A program made the translations under genes and the position numbers. A DNA stretch of 64,000 bases, taken from Bacteroidota bacterium. Its GTDB lineage: Bacteria > Bacteroidota > Bacteroidia > CAILMK01. The stretch lies in contig JABDBQ010000010.1 in NCBI GenBank assembly GCA_013288555.1, positions 2,030 to 66,029 on the forward strand, written 5' to 3'. The notes below the pieces were generated by a model. The model was not told the DNA's origin and made no database searches. It saw nothing but the letters and a program-made list of their open reading frames with translations. Of this stretch, positions 36,112 to 46,629 are shown piece after piece (the first letter of the stretch is position 1; each line of letters begins with the position of its first letter).

Positions 36112-37200
36112 CTACGAATTGTAGTTCCTTCCCAGCTTTCTCAATACCCTAACATGAGAACCAACAGCCGACCTGAAACTACTATGGCTGTGATAAGGAA
36201 CCCCATATTCTTTGGCGACACTTTCCACGATCGGGCTTATCTCCGGATAATGAATACTACAGATATTCGGAAAAAGATGATGTTCTACCTGGAAATTAAG
36301 TCCGCCTACAAACCAGGTGAGGAGTTTGTTTTTAGGACCAAAATTGGCCGTTGTACGCATCTGGTGAATGATCCAGGCATTTTCCATTTGCCCCACTTCA
36401 TCAGGGATAAGATGCTCGGTTTCTTCCACAACGTGCGCCAACTGAAAAACAATGCCGAGTATAGCTCCCGCTACAAGATGCATCGTCATAAAACCAATAA
36501 TAAACTGCCACCATGTAACATGAACAACCAGCAATGGTATCACAATAAGATAACTATAATAGATAACTTTTCCGATGAGCGTAGTAAACAATTCTTTAGC
36601 CGGATGTTTTCCGCTTTTAGTCCCTACCATCCCTTTGCGTGCAAAACGAACATAATCTTTTAAGAACACCCAGAAAAAACTGGCCAGACTGTATACAGCC
36701 ATAAAATAATACTGCTGGAAACGATGTATTTTCTTATAATCCTGTCTTGGCGAAAGACGCATCATGCTAGTAACTTCAAGATCTTCATCTACTTCGTGGA
36801 TATTTGTATAAGTGTGATGGATTCCGTTATGCGTTATTTTCCACATATAGCCACTACCGCCTATAAGGTCCATCGAGAGGCCGAGCAATTTATTGACCCA
36901 TTTGTGACTTGAATATGCACCATGGAGCGCGTCATGAGCAATAGAAAAACCTATACCGGCTGTGGCTACGCCCATCACTGCACAAAAAAACCACATACCC
37001 CAGATTGGGAGCAAATTAGAAAGGATAAGCGCATATGACCCGAAATAGACCGTAAATATCGTTACGGTTTTCAAAACCATATTGAAATTTGAATTTGTTG
37101 ATTCATTATTGCTTTTAAAATATTGATCAACCCTGGATCTGAGTTCGCTCAGGAAATCCTTACCCTCTTTATTATAGAACTTTATCGCTATTTGCGCCAT
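36112..37200 (-). CDS. Membrane fatty-acid desaturase family protein
   Basis: Three His boxes (HDALHG; HNGIHHTY; QVEHHLFP) and TM helices. Confidence 0.8.
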   Translation of the reverse strand: MAQIAIKFYNKEGKDFLSELRSRVDQYFKSNNESTNSNFNMVLKTVTIFTVYFGSYALILSNLLPIWGMWFFCAVMGVATAGIGFSIAHDALHGAYSSHKWVNKLLGLSMDLIGGSGYMWKITHNGIHHTYTNIHEVDEDLEVTSMMRLSPRQDYKKIHRFQQYYFMAVYSLASFFWVFLKDYVRFARKGMVGTKSGKHPAKELFTTLIGKVIYYSYLIVIPLLVVHVTWWQFIIGFMTMHLVAGAILGIVFQLAHVVEETEHLIPDEVGQMENAWIIHQMRTTANFGPKNKLLTWFVGGLNFQVEHHLFPNICSIHYPEISPIVESVAKEYGVPYHSHSSFRSAVGSHVRVLRKLGRNYNS

Positions 37201-37284
37201 AAGACAATTTTCTCCCCAATTTGTTTACAAAATTATACAATCTTTCTATAACATTCCAAATTTAAACGCCTCTAAATTTAGGTG

Positions 37285-37605
37285 TTATAACTTTGAATTT
37301 TCTTTGTGCCTGTTTTGATCTCTTATTGTTTTCTTCTTCATATTATCAGAAAAAGCTTTTTCAAGGTCAACTCCAGTCTGATTTGCCAGGCAAATAAGCA
37401 CCCAAAGCACATCAGCCATTTCATCTTCCATATTATCAATTTCTCCCTCTTTAAAACTCTGATCTCCAAATTTTCTTGACATAATCCGGGCCAACTCACC
37501 CACTTCTTCCATTAGAATTGCGGTATTGGTAAGTTCAGAAAAATATCTTACCCCAATAGTTTTTATCCAGGAATCAACTTCCTGTTGTGCTTCTTTAATA
37601 GTCAT
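37285..37605 (-). CDS. MazG-like nucleotide pyrophosphohydrolase
   Basis: 106 aa. EEVGELARI...EDEMADVLWVLICLAN is the EExxE/D all-alpha NTP-PPase pattern. Confidence 0.75.
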   Translation of the reverse strand: MTIKEAQQEVDSWIKTIGVRYFSELTNTAILMEEVGELARIMSRKFGDQSFKEGEIDNMEDEMADVLWVLICLANQTGVDLEKAFSDNMKKKTIRDQNRHKENSKL

Positions 37606-37738
37606 AAATGGTATTGCTAAACTCTTCCCGTCGCATTAATATACGTTAAAATCAACTTTTTAGTTTACAAAATCAAAGATAAATAACTCTGTTTTTTCCT
37701 TCCATCCCATAATCGACTTACCCCTTATGACTTATCCC

Positions 37739-38191
37739 TTACTCCTTATTTTTCGAATCAATCTGAATGGTAACCGGTCCGTCATTTTCAAGGCTTATTT
37801 TCATATCCGCTCCGAATATTCCTTTTTTTATAGGCTTACCCACATCTTTTTCAAGGCATAGAATAAATTTTTCATAGAGTGGTATAGCAATATCGGGTTT
37901 GGCAGAACGGATAAATGAAGGACGATTTCCTTTTTTGGTAGAAGCAAACAATGTGAACTGGCTCACAAGTAAAATATCTCCTGACGATTCCTGAATAGAT
38001 AAATTCATTAAGTCATTTTCATCATTAAAAATACGCAGCCTGGCAATTTTTCCGCTTATCCACTCCAGGTCTTCTGTGGTATCCATTTCTTCCCATCCTG
38101 CAAAAACCAGAAAACCTTTTGCTATTGATGATATCTCTTTTCCATCTGCCTTAACACTCGCATAATTAACCCGCTGAATAATAGCTCGCAT
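37739..38191 (-). CDS. dtd: D-aminoacyl-tRNA deacylase
   Basis: MRAIIQRV... start, SQFTL(F)A motif and a C-terminal GPVT(I) motif. 150 aa. Confidence 0.9.
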   Translation of the reverse strand: MRAIIQRVNYASVKADGKEISSIAKGFLVFAGWEEMDTTEDLEWISGKIARLRIFNDENDLMNLSIQESSGDILLVSQFTLFASTKKGNRPSFIRSAKPDIAIPLYEKFILCLEKDVGKPIKKGIFGADMKISLENDGPVTIQIDSKNKE

Positions 38192-38271
38192 GGCTGCAAT
38201 TTATACAATGATCAATTATCAGTGATCAATAATCTTAAAAATCCCTATGTTTACACCTTAATATAAACAGT

Positions 38272-39156
38272 ATGACAAAAAACTTTGTGCCGCTACTTAT
38301 TTTTAATATTTTCATATTCAAATGCTTTGCCCAGGTTCCAACAACTGATATTTACCTACTGGATATGAATACCAAGCATGGAAACTTTGCCTTTACCAAC
38401 GCCCAAAAAATATCTGACTGGAAAGGATATAATAACCAGCCCTATTTTACCCCTGATGGGAAATTTATCTATTATGTTTCCTATCGGAACAAACAGGCAG
38501 ATATATATAAGTATGATATTGGTTCAAAAATGACTGTACAGTTTACCGATACTCCTGAGGATGAATATTCTCCAAAACTGACCCCGGACGGTAATTATAT
38601 AAGTGTGGTGAGAGTGATGAAAGATTCTTCGCAGCAACTATGGGGATTCCCTCTTGAAGGAAGGGCATCAAAACATTTATTGAAAGGGCATGATTCTATC
38701 GGATATTATTGCTGGATGAAAAACAAGATTATTACTGCAAATGTGCCTGAACCAATGAAACTTGAAATAACCGACACAACCCCTGGTTCACCCAACCTTA
38801 CCATGATAAAAAATGTTGGTCGCTCTCTCCAGATTATTCAAAACAAGTTTGTGCTCTTTATCCAGAAACCCGCCAACAAAAAAGACAGTATCAATTCAAT
38901 TTGCCTGTTATTTAAAAATCAGGTTATCCCTTTGGTAGCAACGCTCCCCAATTGTGAGGATTTTGCGCTTGGTGCTAAGAACACCTTATTTATGGGCAAA
39001 AATGGAAAACTTTATAAATACCGGATCGGTAAAGACAAAGAATGGATTGAGGTTGCAGACTTTACAAATACAGAATTCAAGAATTTCTATAGGATTGTAA
39101 TCAACAAAAAAGGCAACAAAATAGCATTTGTAAGCTACCAGGGTAAAAAACCTTAG
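38272..39156 (+). CDS. Secreted hypothetical protein with TolB/PD40-like beta-propeller repeats
   Basis: Signal peptide. Repeated P.(F/L)(T/S)PDG..I.(Y/V)V units (QPYFTPDGKFIYYVS, YSPKLTPDGNYISVV). Confidence 0.45.
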   Translation: MTKNFVPLLIFNIFIFKCFAQVPTTDIYLLDMNTKHGNFAFTNAQKISDWKGYNNQPYFTPDGKFIYYVSYRNKQADIYKYDIGSKMTVQFTDTPEDEYSPKLTPDGNYISVVRVMKDSSQQLWGFPLEGRASKHLLKGHDSIGYYCWMKNKIITANVPEPMKLEITDTTPGSPNLTMIKNVGRSLQIIQNKFVLFIQKPANKKDSINSICLLFKNQVIPLVATLPNCEDFALGAKNTLFMGKNGKLYKYRIGKDKEWIEVADFTNTEFKNFYRIVINKKGNKIAFVSYQGKKP

Positions 39157-39173
39157 CAGCCCGCAACTAGCTG

Positions 39174-40745
39174 TTAATCATCATCACTGTCGTCGTTTGA
39201 ATTCGTTTTGCTGCCAGGTGCAGAAGCAGATTTGTTCATGTTAATAAACTGGTTTGCCTGGTCAAATTGTGGTGCAACAACCATTTTCCCGGTTTTGTCA
39301 ATAAATCCCCATTTTGAATTTTTACTTACCGGAGCCAGGCCGGCATAGAAATCAGCAACTTCATCAAACTGAGGTTTAATAACCATAGTTCCGGTCGTAT
39401 TAATAAAACCCCATTTATCTGAAACACTAACTGCTGCAAGTCCATCATCACTAAAATCACGTGCTTCATCATATTTGGGAGGGATAACTTCTTTACCTGT
39501 TGCATCAATAAAACCATATGATCCATCTTTAACAACCATAGTCAATCCTTTGGTACTGCCCGGGCTTATCTGGTCATATATATTATCGACGATTTTGTTT
39601 CCTGTTTTATCTATTATCCCCCATTTGCGTTCAGGCTGTGCCGGTTGTCCACCTTGTGGTGCTGTAGCTGCTTTCTGGCCAATGCTTACCGCCGCTAATC
39701 CTTTGTCATTAAATGGAGTAGCTTCCATGTAAACCGGTTGAATAACCATTTTTCCGGTTTTGTCGATATAGCCGGTTCTACCACCCTTGCGTACCATAGC
39801 CAGCCCATTACTAAAATGCGATACTTCATCATAAGCAGCAGCAATAACAAGCTTTCCGGTTTTGTCTATAAAACCCCATTTTTTCCCAAACTGGGCATTC
39901 ATCATATCATCATAAAAGTTATCACCAAGGGTGGTGAATGCCTGTGTGGTTAATAATTTTCCAGCCCTATTGATCAAACCAAAACCGCCTTCCTTTTGCA
40001 CGGCGGCAAAATCGCCATTAAAACTGGCGCATGCTAAATAGGTTGCAGGAATAACCATTTTCCCCGCTTTATTGATATAACCCCACTTGCCTTGTTTTTT
40101 TACAATAGCAAAACCATCTGAACTAAAAGGCCAGGCATCATCAAATTGTTCAGGGATCACCATCTTGCCGGAATTATCAATATATCCCCATTTGCCACCC
40201 TGAACTGTATTTTCACCAATAATCTTTCCCCCGTTATTCACCGCGGAAAGACCTTCAGTATAGCTTTTTACAAACTCATATTTAGCAGGAACAACCATTT
40301 CGCCAGACTTATCTGCAAAACCCCATTTGGTGCCTACTTCAACTGTTTTTAGTGGATTACTGAAATTATCTACCTTGTCAAACTGAGCAGGAACAACAAG
40401 CGTTCCTGATTTATCAATAAAACCATATTTACCATCCTTCCTAACGCAGGCTATGCCTTCGTAAAAATTATAAGCCTCTTCGTATTGTGTAGGAATAACT
40501 AGCTGCCCTCCCTGATTTACAAAGCCATACATGTTGTCTTTTTGCACCATGGCCATACCTTCCGTATAGACATCAATATTATCATACTGAACCGGTACAA
40601 ATATTTTTCCATCAATACCAACCAATCCGTATTTTCCGTCTTTCGTTACTTTGGCGGCATAGAATGGTGAGTTATTCTGAGCCGAAACAAGCACAAAATA
40701 AAAAAAACCTGCGGCAAATAAACATAATCGCTTCATAATCAGCAT
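39174..40745 (-). CDS. WG (KWG) repeat-containing secreted protein
   Basis: About 14 tandem ~35-aa units of the type GKWG(F/Y)IDK(S/T)GK.VI...YD. Confidence 0.8.
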   Translation of the reverse strand: MLIMKRLCLFAAGFFYFVLVSAQNNSPFYAAKVTKDGKYGLVGIDGKIFVPVQYDNIDVYTEGMAMVQKDNMYGFVNQGGQLVIPTQYEEAYNFYEGIACVRKDGKYGFIDKSGTLVVPAQFDKVDNFSNPLKTVEVGTKWGFADKSGEMVVPAKYEFVKSYTEGLSAVNNGGKIIGENTVQGGKWGYIDNSGKMVIPEQFDDAWPFSSDGFAIVKKQGKWGYINKAGKMVIPATYLACASFNGDFAAVQKEGGFGLINRAGKLLTTQAFTTLGDNFYDDMMNAQFGKKWGFIDKTGKLVIAAAYDEVSHFSNGLAMVRKGGRTGYIDKTGKMVIQPVYMEATPFNDKGLAAVSIGQKAATAPQGGQPAQPERKWGIIDKTGNKIVDNIYDQISPGSTKGLTMVVKDGSYGFIDATGKEVIPPKYDEARDFSDDGLAAVSVSDKWGFINTTGTMVIKPQFDEVADFYAGLAPVSKNSKWGFIDKTGKMVVAPQFDQANQFINMNKSASAPGSKTNSNDDSDDD

Positions 40746-40904
40746 ACTTTTTTTAGTGTATTACGGAATAAAATTACAACAAACTTTTTGAACAGCAACA
40801 ATGAAATTTTCATAAATTTTTTTTCCGCTCTCTTGCCGGCATCCTTATTTCATATATTACCTCGTAATTTTATAACTTTGAACCGCAACTAAAAATACCA
40901 AGAA

Positions 40905-41393
40905 ATGCCATCATTTGATATTGTAAACAAAATTGATGATCAGACACTTGATAATGCTATCAATAATGCCCGCAAGGAAATTGTGAACCGATATGATTTC
41001 AGGGATTCCAAAACTTCGATTGATCTTGATAAAAAAGGAAAAAGCCTTCACATCATTACTGAAAACGACATGAAGATCAAGGCTATTGAAGATGTACTGA
41101 TGCAACGCCTGGCCAAACAAGGCATTGATCCAAAATCTCTTGACCTGGGAAAAGAACAATATGCCGCAGGCAGTATGGTGAAAAAAGACATCAAACTCAT
41201 AGAAGGCATTGATAAAGAAGTAGCCAAAAAAATCGTTAAGTCAATCAAAGACCTGAAACTAAAAGTGGATCCTTCCATTATGGAAGACCAGGTAAGGGTA
41301 AGTGCCAAAAAAATTGATGATCTGCAAGCTGTGATTTCAGAAATGAGAAAAAGCGATTTTGGAATCCCACTTCAGTTTGTTAATATGAAATAA
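40905..41393 (+). CDS. yajQ: YajQ family (UPF0234) nucleotide/c-di-GMP-binding protein
   Basis: MPSFDIVNKID.Q.LDNAIN...RYDF(R)DS start and 162 aa size are characteristic. Confidence 0.85.
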   Translation: MPSFDIVNKIDDQTLDNAINNARKEIVNRYDFRDSKTSIDLDKKGKSLHIITENDMKIKAIEDVLMQRLAKQGIDPKSLDLGKEQYAAGSMVKKDIKLIEGIDKEVAKKIVKSIKDLKLKVDPSIMEDQVRVSAKKIDDLQAVISEMRKSDFGIPLQFVNMK

Positions 41394-41480
41394 CACTTTT
41401 TTTCCAGGAACTTATTGGTGACAAATCCAAAAAAAGGCATCTTGCTTACGCCTCACCACTTATCACTTACGCCAGATATC

Positions 41481-42488
41481 CTATTTCACCGGGTAATACA
41501 CTTCAGTTATAAGCTTTGTACTGTCTTTTTCGGTCATTGGATCATTAATATAAACTTCCCAGGTAGGACCGTTCATCTGCATATTATGGTCTTTAACATA
41601 TTGATCTAAAACTGCATATACGCTCTTCAATTTTGGATATGGGCCGGTATATTTCACTTTAATCGCTTTTTGGGCTTTCATTTCTACGGCTTTGATTTCA
41701 CCTTCTGATTTTCCTAATTTATCTGTCGGAATTCCGGGATCCATATCCACATTGGCAGGAGAAAATGAATTATAAATTGCAAATGCTGAACCTGCCATAT
41801 TCAACCCTGATTTTTTTACATAATCCATTAGCCTGCCATAGGTTTCCCCATATTTTTTGCTGATTTCAGCGGCAGTGCATTTCACATTTATGGTCAATGC
41901 ATTCATTGGAGTAGTTGTCAATTCTTCAACTTTGATATCGTTCATATTTGTTTGTGGCATTTTTTCAACTATATCTTTCATATTATTTAATCCTTTTTCA
42001 AATTCAGAACCAATCATTTTATCCATCATCATTCCAAAATAATGTGCTATTGGGTTCATACCCATATCTGAGTTCATTGCCCAGGTAACTTTAGTTCCAT
42101 CCGGAGTTTTCAAAAATGTAAAACCTGCTGTTCCTTTTCCATGTTCTTTAAAATCCATATCTGTATTCACAAAACTATCGGGCATGTTATCTGTAATAGT
42201 AAGCGTTCCATTTCCAACACTTCCATTGGTACTGGTCCATGAGTAACTGGCACCTTTACCTGAAGCAGGCCCAGCGTATGTTAATCCCATTTTTGGATCA
42301 ATTTTGTGCCATGGGCTCCAGTTTTCCCAGTTTTTTAACGTATTTACCTGTTCATAAGCCATGTTCACAGGAGCCTTTATGATTATAGATCGCTCAACAT
42401 GTACTTTGGATGGCAGGCAAAAACCGACTATAACAATTAGCAAAATAAGAATGCCCAATATCAGAAGTACTTTTTTCAAGGTTTTCAT
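41481..42488 (-). CDS. SRPBCC (START-like) domain protein with C-terminal GyrI-like ligand-binding domain
   Basis: N-terminal anchor. START/polyketide-cyclase-like first half (NWENWSPW...). The second half ends ...WEVYINDP...TEVYYPVK, typical of GyrI-like/AraC-effector-binding domains. Confidence 0.5.
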   Translation of the reverse strand: MKTLKKVLLILGILILLIVIVGFCLPSKVHVERSIIIKAPVNMAYEQVNTLKNWENWSPWHKIDPKMGLTYAGPASGKGASYSWTSTNGSVGNGTLTITDNMPDSFVNTDMDFKEHGKGTAGFTFLKTPDGTKVTWAMNSDMGMNPIAHYFGMMMDKMIGSEFEKGLNNMKDIVEKMPQTNMNDIKVEELTTTPMNALTINVKCTAAEISKKYGETYGRLMDYVKKSGLNMAGSAFAIYNSFSPANVDMDPGIPTDKLGKSEGEIKAVEMKAQKAIKVKYTGPYPKLKSVYAVLDQYVKDHNMQMNGPTWEVYINDPMTEKDSTKLITEVYYPVK

Positions 42489-42595
42489 AATACGCTTATT
42501 AGATTTTTGCCAAAATTATTAAAAATATGAAATCTGCAAAATGATTTTTAGCAGTCTATTCATATTTTATAATTATTCCGGCACTCACTTATATT

Positions 42596-43996
42596 TCAAT
42601 AATTCTCAGCCTCCCAAGCCGCACTTGGTTCTTTTCTGATGCGCCATTCGGCAGGGTAATGATTGTTGATCCGGCTTCCCAGGTTTTTGGCAAGTCCGAT
42701 ATCGATACCGCTATAAGTTAATATAAACCAGCCATTTGGAATATTTTCCGGAACATCAATATTTTTGCGTTGCATATAATCCAGGGCCTGTTCCAGGTTG
42801 AGCGTAACCCTTTGCATTTTTCCGGAAGCCATCCCGCTCATCACAAGCTCATGATCAGGTATCAGGCTGTTTCGTATAAGTTTCCCCACCAAAGTGCCTG
42901 CTTTTTTTATGTTAAACCTGTCAATAAAATCACAAATATCATGTGCCAGCGCTTCGGGCACAGCGAAAACAAGGTCTCCATCCCGCATCAGGTAAGCATA
43001 GTCATCCTTTTTTTCTGAATATCCTGAAATCGCTTCCAGTTCTGTTTTGTTCAATGCCCTTACCGACTTTCCAAGGCCGCGTCCATTATTTTTATAGGTA
43101 GGGTTTTGCGTGATGCGCATAACTGCCACAAATTGTCCTTCCCCTTTCAGTTTATGGGGATAGCAGTAATATCCTGGTTGTTTTTGTTTACTACCTGTAT
43201 CAATTTCCACGGTTTCGATACCCCATTCTGGATTAACTGCAAGTTCAGCAGGTTCTAATTTTTGCCCGTAATTATTATACAACCAGCTGATATTCTCTTC
43301 GTTTTCTTTCGATTCATAGGTACAGGTAGAATAGATCAATAATCCCCCTGTTTTAATGAGTTCAACAGCATTGGTAAGAATTTCCTTTTGAACCATACTG
43401 CATTGGTTTACAAGACCTTCACTCCATTGCTCCACAGCTTCACGGTCCTTGCGGAACATGCCTTCTCCAGAACAGGGCGCATCAATCATGACCACATCAA
43501 AATATCCTTTATAACCTTCAAAATCCTTTACCCTGTTGTTGGTAATCACATTATTGGCGCCACCCCATTTCACGAGATTTTCATATAATATGGCTGCACG
43601 CTTACCTACAAGTTCATTGCTCACGAGCAGACTGTTTTCAGACATATAAGAAAGGAGTAATGAGCTTTTACCACCCGGAGCCGCACATAGATCCAGTATC
43701 TTCAGGTCGTTGGAAAAGTCGATTGCCTTGGCAAAAAACATCGAAGATGCATCCTGGGCATAATAAGCACCGGCATGATAAAGTGGATCCCATACAAATG
43801 CAGGTCGTTTTTTAAGATAGCGTCCGTAACTGCACCAGGGGATAATTTCTTCTTCATTAAAAAGTTCAGCTCCTTTTTGTGGGTGAATCCTGATCGAAAC
43901 AGGAGCAGGCAATGCCAATTCCTGTTCATAGGAATCAAAATCGGTCTGTCCTATTTTTTCAATTAATCCGGCTGAGAAACGTTTGGGTAAATTCAT
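42596..43996 (-). CDS. RsmB/RsmF (NOP2/Sun) family RNA cytosine-C5 methyltransferase
   Basis: SAM pocket DLCAAPGGKS and catalytic Cys motifs DAPCSGEGMFRK and YSTCT. I place the start at ATG 43996 (MNLPKRF...). The track's extension to 44101 reads through the 21-mer tandem repeat. Confidence 0.85.
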   Translation of the reverse strand: MNLPKRFSAGLIEKIGQTDFDSYEQELALPAPVSIRIHPQKGAELFNEEEIIPWCSYGRYLKKRPAFVWDPLYHAGAYYAQDASSMFFAKAIDFSNDLKILDLCAAPGGKSSLLLSYMSENSLLVSNELVGKRAAILYENLVKWGGANNVITNNRVKDFEGYKGYFDVVMIDAPCSGEGMFRKDREAVEQWSEGLVNQCSMVQKEILTNAVELIKTGGLLIYSTCTYESKENEENISWLYNNYGQKLEPAELAVNPEWGIETVEIDTGSKQKQPGYYCYPHKLKGEGQFVAVMRITQNPTYKNNGRGLGKSVRALNKTELEAISGYSEKKDDYAYLMRDGDLVFAVPEALAHDICDFIDRFNIKKAGTLVGKLIRNSLIPDHELVMSGMASGKMQRVTLNLEQALDYMQRKNIDVPENIPNGWFILTYSGIDIGLAKNLGSRINNHYPAEWRIRKEPSAAWEAENY

Positions 43997-44066
43997 TGGA
44001 GTGTTGTCTGCGCACTTTGCGGTTCTGCTCATTGCCCCGAACCTTAGAGTATGAAAAGAAATCTCA

Positions 44067-44108
44067 CGCAAAGAACGCAAAGATTTTCGCAAAGAACGCA
44101 AAGATGTA
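44067..44108. repeat. Tandem 21-mer x2 (CGCAAAGAACGCAAAGATTTT / CGCAAAGAACGCAAAGATGTA)
   Basis: Read directly from the sequence. Related to the CGCAAAGAACGCAAG... block inside the inverted repeat at 4986-5093. Confidence 0.85.
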
Positions 44109-44142
44109 ACCTGAGTAAAATGATTTCTATCAAATAGACTTC

Positions 44143-45132
44143 TTATTCATACATCAGACTGCATCCCCGGATATCTGCATTGTCAAACCTGCCCAGAATC
44201 TCAGTTTTGCCATCACCCATAATTCTGCCAAGATCCTGTGTTGCAATAAAGCTGCAGGAGTTGACATTGGCAAGGTCAATAATATTCAAACCTCCTGTTT
44301 GCCCGTCCTCAAGATATGCAAAAGGATCGTTGATATCCCGAACCATAAAACGCATCCAGGGAGGTGTTTCAAAGATGCCATCTTTTTTTGAATAAGCCTG
44401 CGATAAAAGCTCTGCCATTCCATATTCTGACATAATTGATTGTGAATGAAATGCTTTATTTAAAGTTTCATGCAATTCCGGCCGGGTTAATTCTTTTCTT
44501 TGCCCCTTCATACCGCCCGTTTCCATGATAATTGCATTCGAAAGATCGGGATGGTATTTCTCTGCAAAATCGAGCAAGGCAAAACTTACTCCAATGAAAA
44601 ATATTTTTTTTCTGCTCTTGAGTAATTGATCCATTTTAGCTAAAAGATCAGCATGATCATAAAGATAAAATCCATTTTCACTTTGCCCGCTCAAGTCCAT
44701 TAGATATTTCGCCATATATACCAGCGATGAATTTTTTCTTTCAAGGTACGATGGCAATAAAGCCAGGAAAATGTAATCAGAAGGATCTCCAAAAAAATGC
44801 CTGAATCCTTTATCTATGCTTGTGTGATACAATTTAATTTCTGTAATAAAGTGCCTTGAAGGTATAGTTGCGGTTGTTCCACTGCTTTCAAATATCATTT
44901 CCGGCTCAGAAGATCCGCATATGATTTTGTGATTTTTAAATAGTTCAATAGGCAGGAAAGGAATTTGTGCAACTTTTTTTACTTCCGGGATATTAATATC
45001 CAAATACTCCAGGTATTGTTTGTAAACAGGATTGAATGTTGCCTGAAATTGAAAAATTTCAATCGTAAGCGAATCAAAACTATCTTTGTTGACAGAAAAT
45101 ATTTTATTGTTCAAAGGCGTTAATAAAGTCAT
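44143..45132 (-). CDS. LuxE/PaaK-like acyl-adenylate-forming (acyl-protein synthetase family) protein
   Basis: 329 aa. SSGTT...HF, ETGGMKG and FDNADIRGCS patterns resemble the LuxE-type acyl-protein synthetase family commonly annotated 'acyl transferase' in Bacteroidota. Confidence 0.5.
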   Translation of the reverse strand: MTLLTPLNNKIFSVNKDSFDSLTIEIFQFQATFNPVYKQYLEYLDINIPEVKKVAQIPFLPIELFKNHKIICGSSEPEMIFESSGTTATIPSRHFITEIKLYHTSIDKGFRHFFGDPSDYIFLALLPSYLERKNSSLVYMAKYLMDLSGQSENGFYLYDHADLLAKMDQLLKSRKKIFFIGVSFALLDFAEKYHPDLSNAIIMETGGMKGQRKELTRPELHETLNKAFHSQSIMSEYGMAELLSQAYSKKDGIFETPPWMRFMVRDINDPFAYLEDGQTGGLNIIDLANVNSCSFIATQDLGRIMGDGKTEILGRFDNADIRGCSLMYE

Positions 45133-45144
45133 TCGGAACCGGGT

Positions 45145-45702
45145 ATGAAAACAGGGTCAAAATTACCTTACTTTTTAAGTATTTCGTTGATTTCAGTCAT
45201 TTCCCTGTTTTTTTCAGGATGCACAAAGATTGAAGTGAACTTCCCAAATACTCCGGTTATTACCTTTAGTTCAGCCACAATTGCCAAAACAATTGATTCA
45301 ACGGGTTTGGTCGATTACAAATTGAAACTTATTATTTCATTCACTGACGGCAACGGGAACATTGGGCTGGGTCCTAGTGATACGACAGGGAGCTATAGAC
45401 CGGCATCTCCTTATTACTATAATCTCTGGGTCGGATATTATGAAGATATAAAAGACAGCTTCATTCATGTCGGGCATAGTTATCCGTTTGGCACCGACAC
45501 TATTAATTATAATGGTCGTATTCCGATCATAACTCCTACCGGAAAAATCAAAGCCATAACAGGTACTATTGAATATGATATTGACCTGGGCTCGGGAACC
45601 AAATCGGGTGTAAATACCATCAGGTTTGATTTTATTTTACTGGACAGAGACCTGAACAAAAGTAATAAAGTAACAAGTATTCCTATTATTCTGCCACCCT
45701 GA
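45145..45702 (+). CDS. Hypothetical lipoprotein
   Basis: Signal peptide with the lipobox-like FFSGC. No family recognised. Confidence 0.45.
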   Translation: MKTGSKLPYFLSISLISVISLFFSGCTKIEVNFPNTPVITFSSATIAKTIDSTGLVDYKLKLIISFTDGNGNIGLGPSDTTGSYRPASPYYYNLWVGYYEDIKDSFIHVGHSYPFGTDTINYNGRIPIITPTGKIKAITGTIEYDIDLGSGTKSGVNTIRFDFILLDRDLNKSNKVTSIPIILPP

Positions 45703-45706
45703 CATT

Positions 45707-46513
45707 ATGAAAAAAAAAGAAATAGTTTCAGAAATATTTAAAAAACGCTCCTTTCTCTGCGTAGGGCTCGACAGCGATATTAATAAGATTCCCAAGCATT
45801 TATTGGATGTAAATGACCCGGTTTTTGAATTTAACCGTAAGATAATTGAAGCCACTCATTCCCACTGTGTAGCCTATAAAATCAATACTGCTTTCTATGA
45901 ATCGAGAGGAGTTAAAGGTTGGGAAAGCATGGAAAAAACCTTACACGCGATACCAAAAGGGGTTTTTACTATTGCTGATGCCAAGAGAGGCGATATCGGG
46001 AATACAGCAAATCATTATGCCAGAACTTTTTTTGAAACACTGCCATTTGATGCAGTAACACTTTCGCCTTATATGGGTGAAGACACTATAAGGCCGTTTT
46101 TAGAATATGAGCATAAATGGGCCATATTATTGGGGCTTACATCAAACCCCGGAGCTATGGATTTCCAGTTTATTAATACAGCAAATGGGAAAAAAGTATA
46201 TGAAGAAGTAATCCGCAAATGTGCGAGCTGGGGCAATCCTGATAATATGATGTTTGTAACCGGAGCCACAAGGGCTGAAATGCTTGAAGAAATCAGGCAA
46301 ATTATTCCTGATCATTTTCTATTGGTCCCCGGTATCGGCGCACAGGGTGGCAGCCTTGAATTGACGTATAAATATGGTGCAAATCAGGAAATTGGAATGC
46401 TTGTAAATTCATCCCGCGATATTATTTTTTCAGATACAACTGAAAATTTTGCTGAAGCCGCTGGAAGGAAAGCGGCTGATATGCAGAGACAGATGAGCGC
46501 TTTGATGGTGTAA
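45707..46513 (+). CDS. pyrF: Orotidine-5'-phosphate decarboxylase (long/type 2)
   Basis: LCVGLDSD, ADAKRGDIGNTA and VPGIGAQGG motifs. Confidence 0.9.
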   Translation: MKKKEIVSEIFKKRSFLCVGLDSDINKIPKHLLDVNDPVFEFNRKIIEATHSHCVAYKINTAFYESRGVKGWESMEKTLHAIPKGVFTIADAKRGDIGNTANHYARTFFETLPFDAVTLSPYMGEDTIRPFLEYEHKWAILLGLTSNPGAMDFQFINTANGKKVYEEVIRKCASWGNPDNMMFVTGATRAEMLEEIRQIIPDHFLLVPGIGAQGGSLELTYKYGANQEIGMLVNSSRDIIFSDTTENFAEAAGRKAADMQRQMSALMV

Positions 46514-46629
46514 AATTGGGAGATGAATTTGTTCAGAACTGGTGCGTTTTTACATTTATTGATACTATAAGACTTTAAATTCCAGCTTCAATTTTATATC
46601 TTCGCAATCTTCATTTTAAAATCCTCGAA

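Noticed and set aside
43997-44101. N-terminal extension of the RsmF-like methyltransferase (MRSLRKSLRSLREISFHTLRFG...)
   Set aside because: It is encoded by the tandem 21-mer CGCAAAGAACGCAAAG repeat on the opposite strand. Homologous sequence starts at MNLPKRF (43996).
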